Below are positions 1 through 9,622 of a stretch of 64,000 nucleotides of DNA, piece after piece. Each line of letters opens with the position of its first letter. The first letter of the stretch is position 1. A model generated the notes under the pieces. That model saw only the letters and a list, made by a program, of their open reading frames with translations, was not told where the DNA came from and did no database searches. Both the position numbers and the translations under genes were made by a program. Source of the stretch: a virus; IMG/VR virus record IMGVR_UViG_3300036770_008686, positions 32,001 to 96,000 of that record; one strand, 5' to 3'.

Positions 1-1184
1 TTACTTATATCTGGACCGTTTAAATGTGAATAGTCTTGACTTTTTGTTTGAATTTCATAATCTAAAAATTTCCAAGCCTTGTTAACACTGCCTATAATTT
101 TCCCATACTCTAATAGACTTATTCTTTTTTCTTTATGTAAATCTTCTTTCATTCTTAAAAGTTTTATAATATTTTTATTATTTAATTCATAGAAAACAGT
201 GTGTATAAAAAACACAGTATCAGATATTTGGTTAGAATATTTTAATTGATTTAATTTTTGTCGTGTTTCTTTTGGATCATTTTCTCTTAATATATAAGTA
301 ATTATTGCTGTCGAATCCCTAGTTTTGTTAACATTGCTATCGACTCTCACCTTAAGTCCAGGGAAAATAGTTTCCAAAAGACCAAGACTTTTAAAGCTTA
401 AAATATAGCTTTCAATATTTAAGCTGGTTTTTAGTCCGCTCAAAAACTCAGCACTTATTCTTTCTTTGCTTACACCTTTTAAATCTTTGTAATTGTCTAT
501 AGCGCTTATTGTTCTAGGGTCTAGGTGTTTTGAGATAATATCGTTGTTGAATCTTGAAAAAAATCTTATCAATCTTAACACTCTAAGTTTGTCTTCTCTA
601 AACCTCTCAAAAGGATCACCTACCACCCTAACTTTTTTGTTTTTAATGTCAATAAAGCCCTGTCCTTTTCCTTGGCTATCGATATTGTAGTCTTTTATTT
701 CTTTGTTGTTTAAGTCATAAAAAAGAGCGTTTATATTTAAATCTCTTCTTTTTGCGTCTTCTTTTGCATTGCTATAAGTAACCTCGTCTGGTCTTCTTCC
801 GTCGCCACTCAAAGAATCATAATATTCTTTTCTGAAGGTTGCTATCTCAAACTCTTTTCCGTTTACTATGGCACTAATTACTCCAAAACTAGCACCTTTT
901 GCAAAAACCTTAATACCAGCGGCGGCGGCTTCTGGAGAACTTAGTATTTTTTCAACCTGCTCGGGTGGTTGATCGGTGGTTAGATCTATATCTTTTGGAT
1001 TATATGGTACATCTTTTTGATGAAAAAGATGATATAAATAGTCTCTTATAGAACCACCTACTGCATACAGTTTTGCTCCAAATTTACTAAAAAGACCATT
1101 TAACATATGCACTTCGTCCGGCATAGGAACTTCTGCGGCAAGGCTCTCATACTCTTCAGTAATTAACCAATTTTTAAAATTCAT
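1..1184 (-). CDS. cca: CCA-adding tRNA nucleotidyltransferase (class II), 3' end runs off the window
   Basis: Missing from the ORF track; translated by hand from ATG at 1184: MNFKNWLITEE...VGGSIRD...KDIDLTT...RRDLNINAL...REDKLRVLRLIRF...VSKERISAEF, the class II CCA/poly(A) polymerase motifs. Confidence 0.9.
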   Translation of the reverse strand, partial: MNFKNWLITEEYESLAAEVPMPDEVHMLNGLFSKFGAKLYAVGGSIRDYLYHLFHQKDVPYNPKDIDLTTDQPPEQVEKILSSPEAAAAGIKVFAKGASFGVISAIVNGKEFEIATFRKEYYDSLSGDGRRPDEVTYSNAKEDAKRRDLNINALFYDLNNKEIKDYNIDSQGKGQGFIDIKNKKVRVVGDPFERFREDKLRVLRLIRFFSRFNNDIISKHLDPRTISAIDNYKDLKGVSKERISAEFLSGLKTSLNIESYILSFKSLGLLETIFPGLKVRVDSNVNKTRDSTAIITYILRENDPKETRQKLNQLKYSNQISDTVFFIHTVFYELNNKNIIKLLRMKEDLHKEKRISLLEYGKIIGSVNKAWKFLDYEIQTKSQDYSHLNGPDIS

Positions 1185-1223
1185 TATTATTATATATCAA
1201 ATTTGATTATTATTATATATCAA
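1183..1223. repeat. 23-bp-period tandem repeat that duplicates the TATATAA element upstream of cca
   Basis: attattattatatatcaa at 1183-1200 and 1206-1223. Confidence 0.85.
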
Positions 1224-1252
1224 TTTAACGTAGTTTTAAACTATAATATTTT

Positions 1253-1495
1253 ATGTATTTTTCTTCTAAAGAGTTGGACTTAGCCAAAAAATATGCGAGT
1301 GGAGACCTAACTGAAGTTCAATTAAACTATTTGGCTTTTCAAATAGGAACAAATAAAAGAAAGCTAAAAAAATTAGCTAAGTGCTTAAAAAACACAGAGC
1401 CTTTTTTTGTTGCCACTAAATTGTTACTTGGATTTATAATATTTCATCTTTTATTTTGTTTTTTTTATTCTTTATACAATGTTTTGATCTGCTAG
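1253..1495 (+). CDS. hypothetical protein with C-terminal TM helix
   Basis: 80 aa ORF with a hydrophobic C-terminus. Confidence 0.6.
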   Translation: MYFSSKELDLAKKYASGDLTEVQLNYLAFQIGTNKRKLKKLAKCLKNTEPFFVATKLLLGFIIFHLLFCFFYSLYNVLIC

Positions 1496-1563
1496 GTAAT
1501 ATATAATTATAGAACAAGATGTTCACATAAAAAAGATTTTTATGTTTTTAAAAAAGGAGTTTT

Positions 1564-2484
1564 ATGTTAAAAAAAGGATTTTTAGTATTATTATTGTTCA
1601 TACTGATTTTTTCATTAAGTTTTAAGAGTGCTCCGGCCACTAAGCAACCTGTTGCCAAGCCGATCAACGCCCCAAAAATAGAACAATATATTTCTTCTTA
1701 CCAGACATATGAAGAAATTATAACACGTTTTAAAGATTATGAAAAGGAATCACCAGAGCTTATAGATGTTTTCCAATATGGAAAAAGCTCCAAAGGCAAA
1801 GATCTTTATTGCGTTAAAATAAGCAACGAAAGAAAGCCTGGAGATAATAAGGTTTTAGTGACCGCTAGCATACATGGTAATGAGCCCTTAAGCACGAGTG
1901 TAAGCATGTCATATGTTCTTTACTTTTTAAGTAACTATAAAAAAGATAAAGAACTAACAAATCTACTTGACAAAACAACAATCTATTATGTTCCTGTAGT
2001 GTCGCCAGATAGTTATCCTCACTCTAGGAGTGTTGATAACGTTGATCCAAACAGAAACTTCCCAACTATCAAAGACCCAAACAAGGAAAGTATTTTGGTG
2101 GTTGAAAACTTAAAAAAACTTTTTTCTAAAATCAAACCACATAGTGTTTTATCTTGCCACACATATGGAAGAATGTTTTTGATCCCTTGGGGAGACAATA
2201 AAAAAGATTGTCCAAACCACAAGGATTACTATGATTTGGCAACAAAGATGGGTACCTCAGCAAACTATAGAGTCTTAAAAATATCTCAATTGTATGGGCA
2301 TCCAATATTTGGAACAGAAAGCGACTATTACTATAGAAATGGATCTTTTTCTATAGTAATCGAGTTGGGAACTCACCAAAAAAAGCCATCTTTTGAAGAT
2401 ACTAAAAAAGAGTTCGAAAGAACAATAATTAGCTTTTTAATGTTTGTTAAAGAGTCGCCTAAAATTAGGATTCTTGAAAAATAA
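1564..2484 (+). CDS. secreted M14-family zinc carboxypeptidase
   Basis: Signal peptide; ASIHGNE (HxxE), DPNRNFP, LSCHTYG and IELG motifs; aaggag RBS. Confidence 0.88.
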   Translation: MLKKGFLVLLLFILIFSLSFKSAPATKQPVAKPINAPKIEQYISSYQTYEEIITRFKDYEKESPELIDVFQYGKSSKGKDLYCVKISNERKPGDNKVLVTASIHGNEPLSTSVSMSYVLYFLSNYKKDKELTNLLDKTTIYYVPVVSPDSYPHSRSVDNVDPNRNFPTIKDPNKESILVVENLKKLFSKIKPHSVLSCHTYGRMFLIPWGDNKKDCPNHKDYYDLATKMGTSANYRVLKISQLYGHPIFGTESDYYYRNGSFSIVIELGTHQKKPSFEDTKKEFERTIISFLMFVKESPKIRILEK

Positions 2485-2490
2485 ACTAAT

Positions 2491-2805
2491 TTAGGCTCTA
2501 TTTAGGTATTTACAAACATCACAGAGGCCAGCCTCTTTGATGCCAACGTTACAGTCTACACAAAAACATCCTGTTTCGTTGTCCGGAATATGAGACTTCT
2601 TTAGTTCTTCTGGTATTTTGATTTTTATATGTGTTTCTATTTCCCAAACAACATCATCCTCATCCGTCGCTACAAGTCCATTTACAACATCGTAATTCAT
2701 ACTTTTAATTACTTTATTTCTTTTGCCTGCTTTTCTCATGGCGTCTTTAAAAAGCCAAATGAGAACATAAGAATTAAAATCAGATTCTAATTTAATGTTT
2801 GACAT
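2491..2805 (-). CDS. hypothetical protein with C-terminal Cys cluster
   Basis: 104 aa ORF with CFCVDC...CDVC. Confidence 0.6.
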   Translation of the reverse strand: MSNIKLESDFNSYVLIWLFKDAMRKAGKRNKVIKSMNYDVVNGLVATDEDDVVWEIETHIKIKIPEELKKSHIPDNETGCFCVDCNVGIKEAGLCDVCKYLNRA

Positions 2806-3016
2806 AAAATGATGAAAAATAGCTAAACAATAAAATAAAAGTATTAAAAGTCAAGAACAATATAATATTTAAAACGTAATTTGCGTTATAATTTCGATTA
2901 TAATTAATTTTAAAAATATCGACAATTATAGCTGCAACTGTGGAATAAACAAAGAACAAGACAATCGAAAGAACTCCTGCTGCTACTAAATTTCTAAATG
3001 TATTTAATAAGAACAT
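2792..3016 (-). CDS. small two-TM membrane protein
   Basis: Two hydrophobic segments; TATATAA 6 nt before ATG. Confidence 0.55.
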   Translation of the reverse strand: MFLLNTFRNLVAAGVLSIVLFFVYSTVAAIIVDIFKINYNRNYNANYVLNIILFLTFNTFILLFSYFSSFYVKH

Positions 3017-3022
3017 GATAAA

Positions 3023-3307
3023 TTATATATATCTAACTAAATACTCTTCTTCGCAGTCAATAACCATTGGAGAGGGTTTTAATTCATCAAACCACAACAT
3101 TTTTTGACAGTCTCCCCAAGCCTCTATACTAATTATTTCTATCCAACCAATGTTGGGTCCTCCGTATTTTTTTGGAAAAGCACAATAAAAATAGTTTCCT
3201 GGTTTAAAATTTTTACCCGGAATGAGGTGCGGTTTAACAAAACCATTTAAAGTCTTATGCATCTTTTTTATCTTCTTCAAAACATCCATAACCAGCTTGG
3301 TGTTCAA
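3023..3307 (-). CDS. hypothetical protein
   Basis: 94 aa ORF in operon. Confidence 0.6.
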   Translation of the reverse strand: MNTKLVMDVLKKIKKMHKTLNGFVKPHLIPGKNFKPGNYFYCAFPKKYGGPNIGWIEIISIEAWGDCQKMLWFDELKPSPMVIDCEEEYLVRYI

Positions 3308-3527
3308 AAGTTAGCAGTCCGACTCTAGGACTTTTATTGTTTGTGCAAACCCCCCAATCCATTCCTAATTTTCCTTCCAAAACAAAATAATGTTTACATC
3401 CACTGCTACAATCTGGGTAACTTTCATTATCTTTTTCCCAGCGTTCTACCTTTCCCCAAGGAATATAGTCTGTTGGGAGTTTTTTCATTATGTTTAACAA
3501 ATTGTCATGTAACTTGGTCATCATCAA
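3255..3527 (-). CDS. Cys-rich hypothetical protein (DUF3027-like)
   Basis: CSSGCKHY...DWGVCTN..SP..G..TFEH..C pattern; real start probably the internal MKKLP. Confidence 0.5.
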   Translation of the reverse strand: MMMTKLHDNLLNIMKKLPTDYIPWGKVERWEKDNESYPDCSSGCKHYFVLEGKLGMDWGVCTNNKSPRVGLLTFEHQAGYGCFEEDKKDA

Positions 3528-3723
3528 TATCTTTTTTAATAGAGCCAGATATTAGTTTAATAGGAGCACAATCGCAATGCACCGCCATCATTTCTTGGCA
3601 ATCATTAATCATTTCCCTGGCTTCTGTGTAGTCTTTGTCTCCCAAAGAGTTTTTAATTTTATTTTTTAAAATAGAAAGTTTAGAAGCCAAATCACAAAGA
3701 AGATAAATAGTGTCTTTATTCAA
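3505..3723 (-). CDS. hypothetical protein
   Basis: 72 aa ORF overlapping its neighbours. Confidence 0.55.
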   Translation of the reverse strand: MNKDTIYLLCDLASKLSILKNKIKNSLGDKDYTEAREMINDCQEMMAVHCDCAPIKLISGSIKKDIDDDQVT

Positions 3724-3743
3724 TTTAAGCCTTTAAAAAAAGT

Positions 3744-3783
3744 AAAGGCCTGTTTCACACACCCAAACGTGAAACAGGCCTTT
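3744..3783 (-). terminator. intrinsic terminator hairpin
   Basis: 15-bp perfect stem aaaggcctgtttcac/gtgaaacaggccttt with A/T runs on both sides. Confidence 0.8.
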
Positions 3784-3801
3784 ATAGAAAAAAAACTTTT
3801 A

Positions 3802-3960
3802 TCAGGAACTCTTCTCTATCGGAATATACTTAACACCGCTATCGGTGGTCTGGACAGTGCCAACTTTATACTTTGGGCTTTCTTCCTTAACCTTATTAAT
3901 CCATGCTTCAACATTAATATTGGGGTTGTCACCCAAAACAATTACACCTACTTGCGACAT
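3802..3960 (-). CDS. small hypothetical protein (52 aa, below ORF-track cutoff)
   Basis: MSQVGVIVLGDNPNINVEAW...IEKSS; GGAGAA RBS; followed by a terminator. Confidence 0.7.
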   Translation of the reverse strand: MSQVGVIVLGDNPNINVEAWINKVKEESPKYKVGTVQTTDSGVKYIPIEKSS

Positions 3961-4020
3961 ACTATTCTCCAAATCCTTTTAGGCAAATGAAAACCAAGAA
4001 CAAAGAAGAAACGTACCCGG

Positions 4021-4293
4021 TCAATTTTTTAAATTAGTTGTTAAGCCAAGAGACATCAACTTGCCTCTTATTGTTTCTTGGCTTGTTTGATACTTTTTAC
4101 TCAAATCTTTTATTCCATATTTCTTATACTTTTTTAGAAAATTTAATATAGAGTCTTTCATCTCAAAGCTTTCGCTTCTTGTGCATACCTGAATTTTGAC
4201 CACATCTTTCAAAAGCTTTTTAAGCTCGTTAGAAGAAACTTCTTTTGAAAAACTTTTTCCGCCTTTTTCATACTCAACTTTGAGCTTGCTCAT
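4021..4293 (-). CDS. hypothetical protein, possible C-terminal HTH
   Basis: GIKDLSKKYQTSQETIRGKL resembles an HTH. Confidence 0.55.
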   Translation of the reverse strand: MSKLKVEYEKGGKSFSKEVSSNELKKLLKDVVKIQVCTRSESFEMKDSILNFLKKYKKYGIKDLSKKYQTSQETIRGKLMSLGLTTNLKN

Positions 4294-4450
4294 TTCTCTA
4301 CCCTTCTTGGTTTTAAAAAGAACGCTAGTCTTGTAACCGCCTACGAAAAGGACAACTAACAGTCATCCGACAAAATAATATACGCTATTTTGCCACAACA
4401 GTTCAAGTGTTTTTTTATTTTTTATTTTCATATATATTTTTAGAAACAAA

Positions 4451-4891
4451 ATGGAAAAAGAATTTTTAAATAAAGACCAAATCAAGCAGGAAATTAAACA
4501 AGAAATAAAAGAGTTTAAAAAATTTGCCTTAAAAGAAGATACCATGAAAATAGCGATTGCTGTCATAGTGGGTGGCTCAATACAAAGGTTTGCCAACTCT
4601 ATATCGAATGATATATTATCGCCTATAATAAACCTTTTAGTATACAAACCAAGTGGGTTTTGGAACAAATTAGCTGTCAGCATCAACAAAGATACTAAAA
4701 TAGAAATAGGCAACCTAATAAGTTCATTTTTAGAATTTACAATAATATCTTTAATAGTTTATGTAGTTTATATGAAGCTAATAAAAAATTTAATTAAAAA
4801 TGAAAATATTAATAATAAGACTTGCAATCAATGCTTTTCTTCTATTAACTACATGGCAAAAAGATGTCCATATTGTACAAGTAGACTGTAA
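4451..4891 (+). CDS. mscL: large-conductance mechanosensitive channel MscL-like protein with C-terminal Zn ribbon
   Basis: EFKKFA...IAIAVIVGG...DILSPII (TM1), IEIGNLISSFLEFTIISLIVY (TM2), CNQC...CPYCTS tail. Confidence 0.82.
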   Translation: MEKEFLNKDQIKQEIKQEIKEFKKFALKEDTMKIAIAVIVGGSIQRFANSISNDILSPIINLLVYKPSGFWNKLAVSINKDTKIEIGNLISSFLEFTIISLIVYVVYMKLIKNLIKNENINNKTCNQCFSSINYMAKRCPYCTSRL

Positions 4892-4917
4892 AAAATAATG
4901 TTGTATAATTGTTGTTG

Positions 4918-5079
4918 ATGAACAAAGAAAAATTAGATTTATTTAAAATAAAAGAAAAGTGTGTGATCTGCAAGGAATGTACGCAATACGATAAAAATAC
5001 CCACATAAATAAAAGATACTTCTATGTAGATTGCGTAGGTCAATTGTGCTCAAAATGTTACAAAAAATTTGTAGTTTGA
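4918..5079 (+). CDS. small Zn-finger protein (53 aa, below cutoff)
   Basis: Hand translation MNKEKLDLFKIKEKCVICKE...GQLCSKCY. Confidence 0.6.
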   Translation: MNKEKLDLFKIKEKCVICKECTQYDKNTHINKRYFYVDCVGQLCSKCYKKFVV

Positions 5080-5102
5080 TATAATTTATAATATATAACT
5101 TT

Positions 5103-5711
5103 ATGTATTTTAAAAACTGGTTGAAACTTTTTGAACAAAATATGTTCTTATTGAGAGATAAAACTCAAAAATTAGATTTGGGAAAAATTCTTGGGTTTAA
5201 AAAACCACTTGTAAAATTTAGCCAAGGAAGCATAGCAACAATATACGAACACCCCAACACTAAAGACTTATTAATAAAAGTAACTTCGCACAAAGACGAT
5301 ATCAAAAATATAATCACTGCACAAAAACTAAAGAGCGATAACGTTGTAAAGGTCTTTTCTTGGCAAACCGGAGAGTTGGTAAAACAAATTCCACAAATAA
5401 ATTCATACGCAATAATAGTCGAAAAAATATTAGGCAACTCTATGAGTTACACAACCAATGAATTTTTTGAATTAAGCTTAGATGGAAGATTTGAATTAGC
5501 AGCAGATTGGTTAGATGGAAACCTTCACAAAAGACAAATAGCCGTACTAGAACACAATCAAAAAAACAATCTAAAAGAGCACTCCAAGCTAAATAGTCTA
5601 TTTCGTGTATTAAACAAATTAGAGAGTCTCTACAGAATAGAACTCTCAGATTTTCAAGATAATATAATAGACTCAGGAGATAGATATGTTATTGTTGATA
5701 TGGGATTTTAA
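5103..5711 (+). CDS. protein-kinase-fold protein
   Basis: SQGSIATIY (P-loop-like), LLIKVT, SDFQDNII, VIVDMGF. Confidence 0.6.
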   Translation: MYFKNWLKLFEQNMFLLRDKTQKLDLGKILGFKKPLVKFSQGSIATIYEHPNTKDLLIKVTSHKDDIKNIITAQKLKSDNVVKVFSWQTGELVKQIPQINSYAIIVEKILGNSMSYTTNEFFELSLDGRFELAADWLDGNLHKRQIAVLEHNQKNNLKEHSKLNSLFRVLNKLESLYRIELSDFQDNIIDSGDRYVIVDMGF

Positions 5712-6032
5712 TTTAGATGTCTCAAATTCACATCTAGTCTCATGTTCATCATAAATATAATTTAATTTTCTATTTAAAGTTTTTTCTATTTTTTTAATCA
5801 ATTTTTTTGTTATTTTTTCTCCACAATAAAAATTATTTCCTACAACTCTGGCCCTTCTTTGCGAATAGGGCAGGTCGATAATATCGCTTCTGGTGATATC
5901 GTATTTTTTTGAAAAGATAAAAGAAACAATGTCTCGCCAATAATCTACGTGATTGACATCTTGAATGTCGTAGATAATGGTGTCATCATCTAAAATATAG
6001 ACCGGGAATCCACCATCTGGTTCTTCAGGCAT
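5673..6032 (-). CDS. hypothetical protein
   Basis: 119 aa ORF. Confidence 0.6.
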   Translation of the reverse strand: MPEEPDGGFPVYILDDDTIIYDIQDVNHVDYWRDIVSFIFSKKYDITRSDIIDLPYSQRRARVVGNNFYCGEKITKKLIKKIEKTLNRKLNYIYDEHETRCEFETSKLKSHINNNISIS

Positions 6033-6516
6033 TGTTTTTCACATAATTTTTAGGCTTGATATAATTTGAACCCATCATTCTTATGAAAGTTCTAGTTCCA
6101 GTTTTCTTGCAAACAACGCCCTTGTGGGGTTTTTTGCTATCGTATACAAAAAAATATTTTTCGGGTATTTCATAACAAGGCTTATCTTTGAGCAAAGATT
6201 CAAGTAGTTTATTTTGAAGATTTCTATCATCAGGAAAACTAGAAAAGTCTATTTTTTCATCACAAAAAATAGTTCTATTTGGACCTTCGCAATAAATGCA
6301 ATATTCATTATCTTTTTTATAATCGCCATCCAAGTGATATCTAACATCAACACAAGTTTTATCGCCAACTTTACAACTTTTTATCATCAAATCTACTAGG
6401 TAGCAACTAAAATTATTGTTAATTTTAGTCTTCATCTCTTCGACTATTTCTTTGTACTCATTAAACCTTTTAATGAATTTACAGTAATCAAAATCTTTTA
6501 CAAAAATTTCATTCAT
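6025..6516 (-). CDS. hypothetical protein
   Basis: 163 aa ORF coupled to its neighbours. Confidence 0.65.
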   Translation of the reverse strand: MNEIFVKDFDYCKFIKRFNEYKEIVEEMKTKINNNFSCYLVDLMIKSCKVGDKTCVDVRYHLDGDYKKDNEYCIYCEGPNRTIFCDEKIDFSSFPDDRNLQNKLLESLLKDKPCYEIPEKYFFVYDSKKPHKGVVCKKTGTRTFIRMMGSNYIKPKNYVKNNA

Positions 6517-7274
6517 TTTTCAAAAGAAGCTAAGTAGAGATTTAAAAAATGCTTCTCACGACCAGTTAAACCATCTTTTTCAAAAGCCTTCATTCTAAAA
6601 TAGTTTTCTAAGTCTTTTGGCAACTTGTCTTTAAGAACATGTTTTGCGTAATAGTATGCATATTCTATGTTTTCTTTGAAACAATTTTCTTGATTCTTAT
6701 CGAGCTTATTAAAAACAGAATAAATAAGTGTTAAACGAGGATCAACACCTTTAAATCCACTGGTTTTTCTAATCAAGAGCTCTTTTAAAGCATTCCAATC
6801 ATTTTCAAAGTCATCAGGAACAACATCATCTCCGAGATGGTCATTATAAAAATGAGATTTATAAGAAAGTTCTTGAAAATCTTCTCTATTTAAAATATGA
6901 TCTCCATAATCATACATTAATCCAACTTCTTGAACGACTCTACCAATCAATTCTAATTCATCGCTAGAGACGATAAGATTTTTTTCTAGAACAGGCTCAA
7001 AACCTTCTGAATCATCAGGGTCATTGTTTAATATTGTTCCTTTTTCGTCTACAAAATAGTTGTAAGTATAAGGCTCTATATTTATAGTGTTCACGCTGTT
7101 CAGGCGAATATCATTAAAGTAGTTATTATCATTATACTCACTAGAAACACTAAACTCTAATGAATTAAGATTTTTTATTTCTTTGAACAAGAGATATAAA
7201 AGCTTACGCTTGATGTTCTCTTTTTCTTTTTCAAGAAAATTAACTAAATTTAAACCATTTATAATTTCAATCAT
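6513..7274 (-). CDS. hypothetical phage protein with a YAKxVLxxxLP repeat unit
   Basis: 253 aa; YAYYYAKHVLKDKLP is shared in style with 8594..9439. Confidence 0.65.
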   Translation of the reverse strand: MIEIINGLNLVNFLEKEKENIKRKLLYLLFKEIKNLNSLEFSVSSEYNDNNYFNDIRLNSVNTINIEPYTYNYFVDEKGTILNNDPDDSEGFEPVLEKNLIVSSDELELIGRVVQEVGLMYDYGDHILNREDFQELSYKSHFYNDHLGDDVVPDDFENDWNALKELLIRKTSGFKGVDPRLTLIYSVFNKLDKNQENCFKENIEYAYYYAKHVLKDKLPKDLENYFRMKAFEKDGLTGREKHFLNLYLASFEK

Positions 7275-7276
7275 TT

Positions 7277-7834
7277 TTATTTAAGAAGTTTTTTAAGCTC
7301 TTTCCAGGTTCCTTGAACGGGCTTTTCTAAATTTTCCTTTTTTTCAATCTCTTCTTCTTTTTTAAATTCATTAAGATAGTCATCTAAGTTCTGTATTACT
7401 TCTTTTAAATCAGATCTAGGAAATCGAACAGAAACTAAAAACTTAAAATAATGTGGACCTTTGAAAGTTTCTATTATACAATCTTCATCAAAAGTACTTT
7501 CAACTCCATAATCAACTGGGTTAACACTATACTTCCAAAAAGTACTTTTTAAATTCTCTTCTTCAATGCTATCTTCGGGCACCCAGTGCTGTCTAATTCT
7601 GTTATACAAACAATCTATGTCTGGACTATACTTTGATACCACACTCAAGAATCTTTCGGCCTGATATGAGGATAAAAATTCAACCCAAACCCAACCTTTA
7701 GGAATATTATCTTCGCAAGAGTTGGTTGTTTTAATATTTAATTTTAATAACCTCTCCATAAGAGGGGCTATCCCCTCGTCTACTTCTAAAGAGACAAGAT
7801 CATGTTTTACCAAAACCTGTTTGTGCTCAGTCAT
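7277..7834 (-). CDS. hypothetical protein
   Basis: 185 aa ORF. Confidence 0.65.
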   Translation of the reverse strand: MTEHKQVLVKHDLVSLEVDEGIAPLMERLLKLNIKTTNSCEDNIPKGWVWVEFLSSYQAERFLSVVSKYSPDIDCLYNRIRQHWVPEDSIEEENLKSTFWKYSVNPVDYGVESTFDEDCIIETFKGPHYFKFLVSVRFPRSDLKEVIQNLDDYLNEFKKEEEIEKKENLEKPVQGTWKELKKLLK

Positions 7835-7882
7835 TTATTGGCTATTTTATAAGAGTTGGTCACGATGAGGCGTGTTCGTGTT

Positions 7883-8482
7883 TCAAAAAGACTTTCCTTG
7901 TCTGTACCTTTCTCTTCTATACGACCTTCCGTTTCCCTTGTTTTTATTTTTATAGAAAGGAGTTGTAGCATCGCAATTAGAACATATCATTCTCAAATTA
8001 TCAAGTCGCCAATCTTCTGAATTGCCATTAATATGGTCGCATATCAACAAAATTGGCCTCCCCAACCAGGTGCTATTACCACACATATCACAACTATTTT
8101 TTGTTTCAAGTAAAAAACGACGAGCTTGCCTTATGCCTTCCACTTTTCCACTTTCGTTTATTTTATTTTTCTTAATTTGCCAACGATGTCTTGTTTGACA
8201 CTTTTGGGAGCAATATTTTTTTGCACTATTTCCCAATTGTTTTTCGCACAAAACACAAAGTTTAGTTTTCTTTTGTCTTTTTGTATTATTGAATTTAGCC
8301 GAACAAGATTTAGAGCAAAATTTGTTTTTTCTTAATTTATAATCTAACTCTGAGCCGCAGCACTCGCAATAGTTTGGATTTTTTAAATAAGATTCTTTAA
8401 GTGACTTCCATTTTGCTTCTAAAATCTTTTTGATTTTCTGATAGCCAATTTTTCCACATTCTGACGGACTTAATTTACACAT
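7883..8482 (-). CDS. HNH homing endonuclease with N-terminal Zn-binding repeats
   Basis: CxxC/FCSxxC repeats and CDMCG...CDHINGNSEDWRLDNLRMICSNCD. Confidence 0.88.
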   Translation of the reverse strand: MCKLSPSECGKIGYQKIKKILEAKWKSLKESYLKNPNYCECCGSELDYKLRKNKFCSKSCSAKFNNTKRQKKTKLCVLCEKQLGNSAKKYCSQKCQTRHRWQIKKNKINESGKVEGIRQARRFLLETKNSCDMCGNSTWLGRPILLICDHINGNSEDWRLDNLRMICSNCDATTPFYKNKNKGNGRSYRRERYRQGKSF

Positions 8483-8593
8483 ATAAGTGTATATAAGTAA
8501 ATGCCGTCAAATTTTTTCAAAAAACCTCATAAAGTTTTTAAAAAACAGATAGCACTGTTTCGAGTCCTGCTATCAGCGTGTTTTCATTTTTAT

Positions 8594-9439
8594 TTACACA
8601 CTTGTAAAAGTTTTTAAGGACATTTTTTTATGCATATATTCAGGTAGTTTTCCCCCTAAAACAGAAATAGCATAGGACAAGAGTAGATCATCGCTCTCAG
8701 AAATAGATTTTTCTCCTAGTTCAAATCTACCTTTTACGATTTCTTTTGCATATTTTAAAGAACAGTATCCGTCTAGTGCTATAGAACTCTCTCCTGCCGG
8801 AAAAATACCTTCTTTATAATTTAAAGCATAATCTAAGCTAGTATGTGCATTTTTACTAATGCCTTTTTCCACCATATCCAATATTTCTTCTGGAATTTTT
8901 TTGTTTAATATTTTTTCTAAATATGTGATTGTGTTTTTAGGATCTTCAAATATTGATTTTTCGCCTTCTACAAATCTTTTTTTTGTTATCAAAGAATAAC
9001 TTAAAGAGCAATCTGAATCTTTTGCTATCAAGGGAATGGCCTCAGGAATTTCTAGGATTGGATTTGCTCCACGACTTTTGATTCTATCAAAGTTTTGTTT
9101 GTCGCTTAGAAACCTGATATATTCTATAGCTAATTTCGCATTTTTTTTAGAGTTTTGATACCAACTTTGAATCAGCAAGTCTAAACTAGGGAAGGATTCT
9201 TTGTCATTTCGATTGATTAAAAAATAATTTTCAACGTATCTGTAGGAGTGTTTGGGACTCCTTATGTAAAGTATCCAGTTAACTGGGTCTGTGGCGGGTG
9301 ATGGATATTCATGAATTTCAAATTTTTTCAACTCTTTTTTTGCATCAACTTCTAAAGAGTGTATGGTTTCATCAACAAGATCGTTATCTATTTTTTCATT
9401 CTCAATAAACCTATAGTAAGCCTCTGCGTAAACACTCAT
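8594..9439 (-). CDS. helical-repeat hypothetical phage protein
   Basis: Repeats SLxYA...(K/G)RF..GE.SI. Confidence 0.65.
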   Translation of the reverse strand: MSVYAEAYYRFIENEKIDNDLVDETIHSLEVDAKKELKKFEIHEYPSPATDPVNWILYIRSPKHSYRYVENYFLINRNDKESFPSLDLLIQSWYQNSKKNAKLAIEYIRFLSDKQNFDRIKSRGANPILEIPEAIPLIAKDSDCSLSYSLITKKRFVEGEKSIFEDPKNTITYLEKILNKKIPEEILDMVEKGISKNAHTSLDYALNYKEGIFPAGESSIALDGYCSLKYAKEIVKGRFELGEKSISESDDLLLSYAISVLGGKLPEYMHKKMSLKTFTSV

Positions 9440-9621
9440 TTCACTTTCTCGTAATTTTTTCTTTTTTGTATATCCTTTAATATTTCGTTGTATGTCTCCA
9501 CAACAGTGTCACAACTTTGGGTTTTATCTTCTAGATTCTTTTTCCAAAAATAACTTTTTCCAATCCTACGCACAGAATATGCGTTTTCAAGACACAACTT
9601 TTCTAGTTGCCAGTACTTCAT
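9436..9621 (-). CDS. hypothetical protein
   Basis: 61 aa, overlapping start and stop. Confidence 0.55.
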   Translation of the reverse strand: MKYWQLEKLCLENAYSVRRIGKSYFWKKNLEDKTQSCDTVVETYNEILKDIQKRKNYEKVK

Positions 9622-9622
9622 G

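Noticed and set aside
493-690. Plus-strand 65-aa ORF
   Set aside because: Antisense shadow of cca. The same applies to most short ORFs in the track lying opposite or out of frame within longer genes (e.g. 2019-, 5165-, 16588+, 21152+, 26893+, 51747+).
7835-8593. Group I intron around the HNH gene
   Set aside because: The flanking ORFs look complete and no P7 or core elements or split exons are recognisable.
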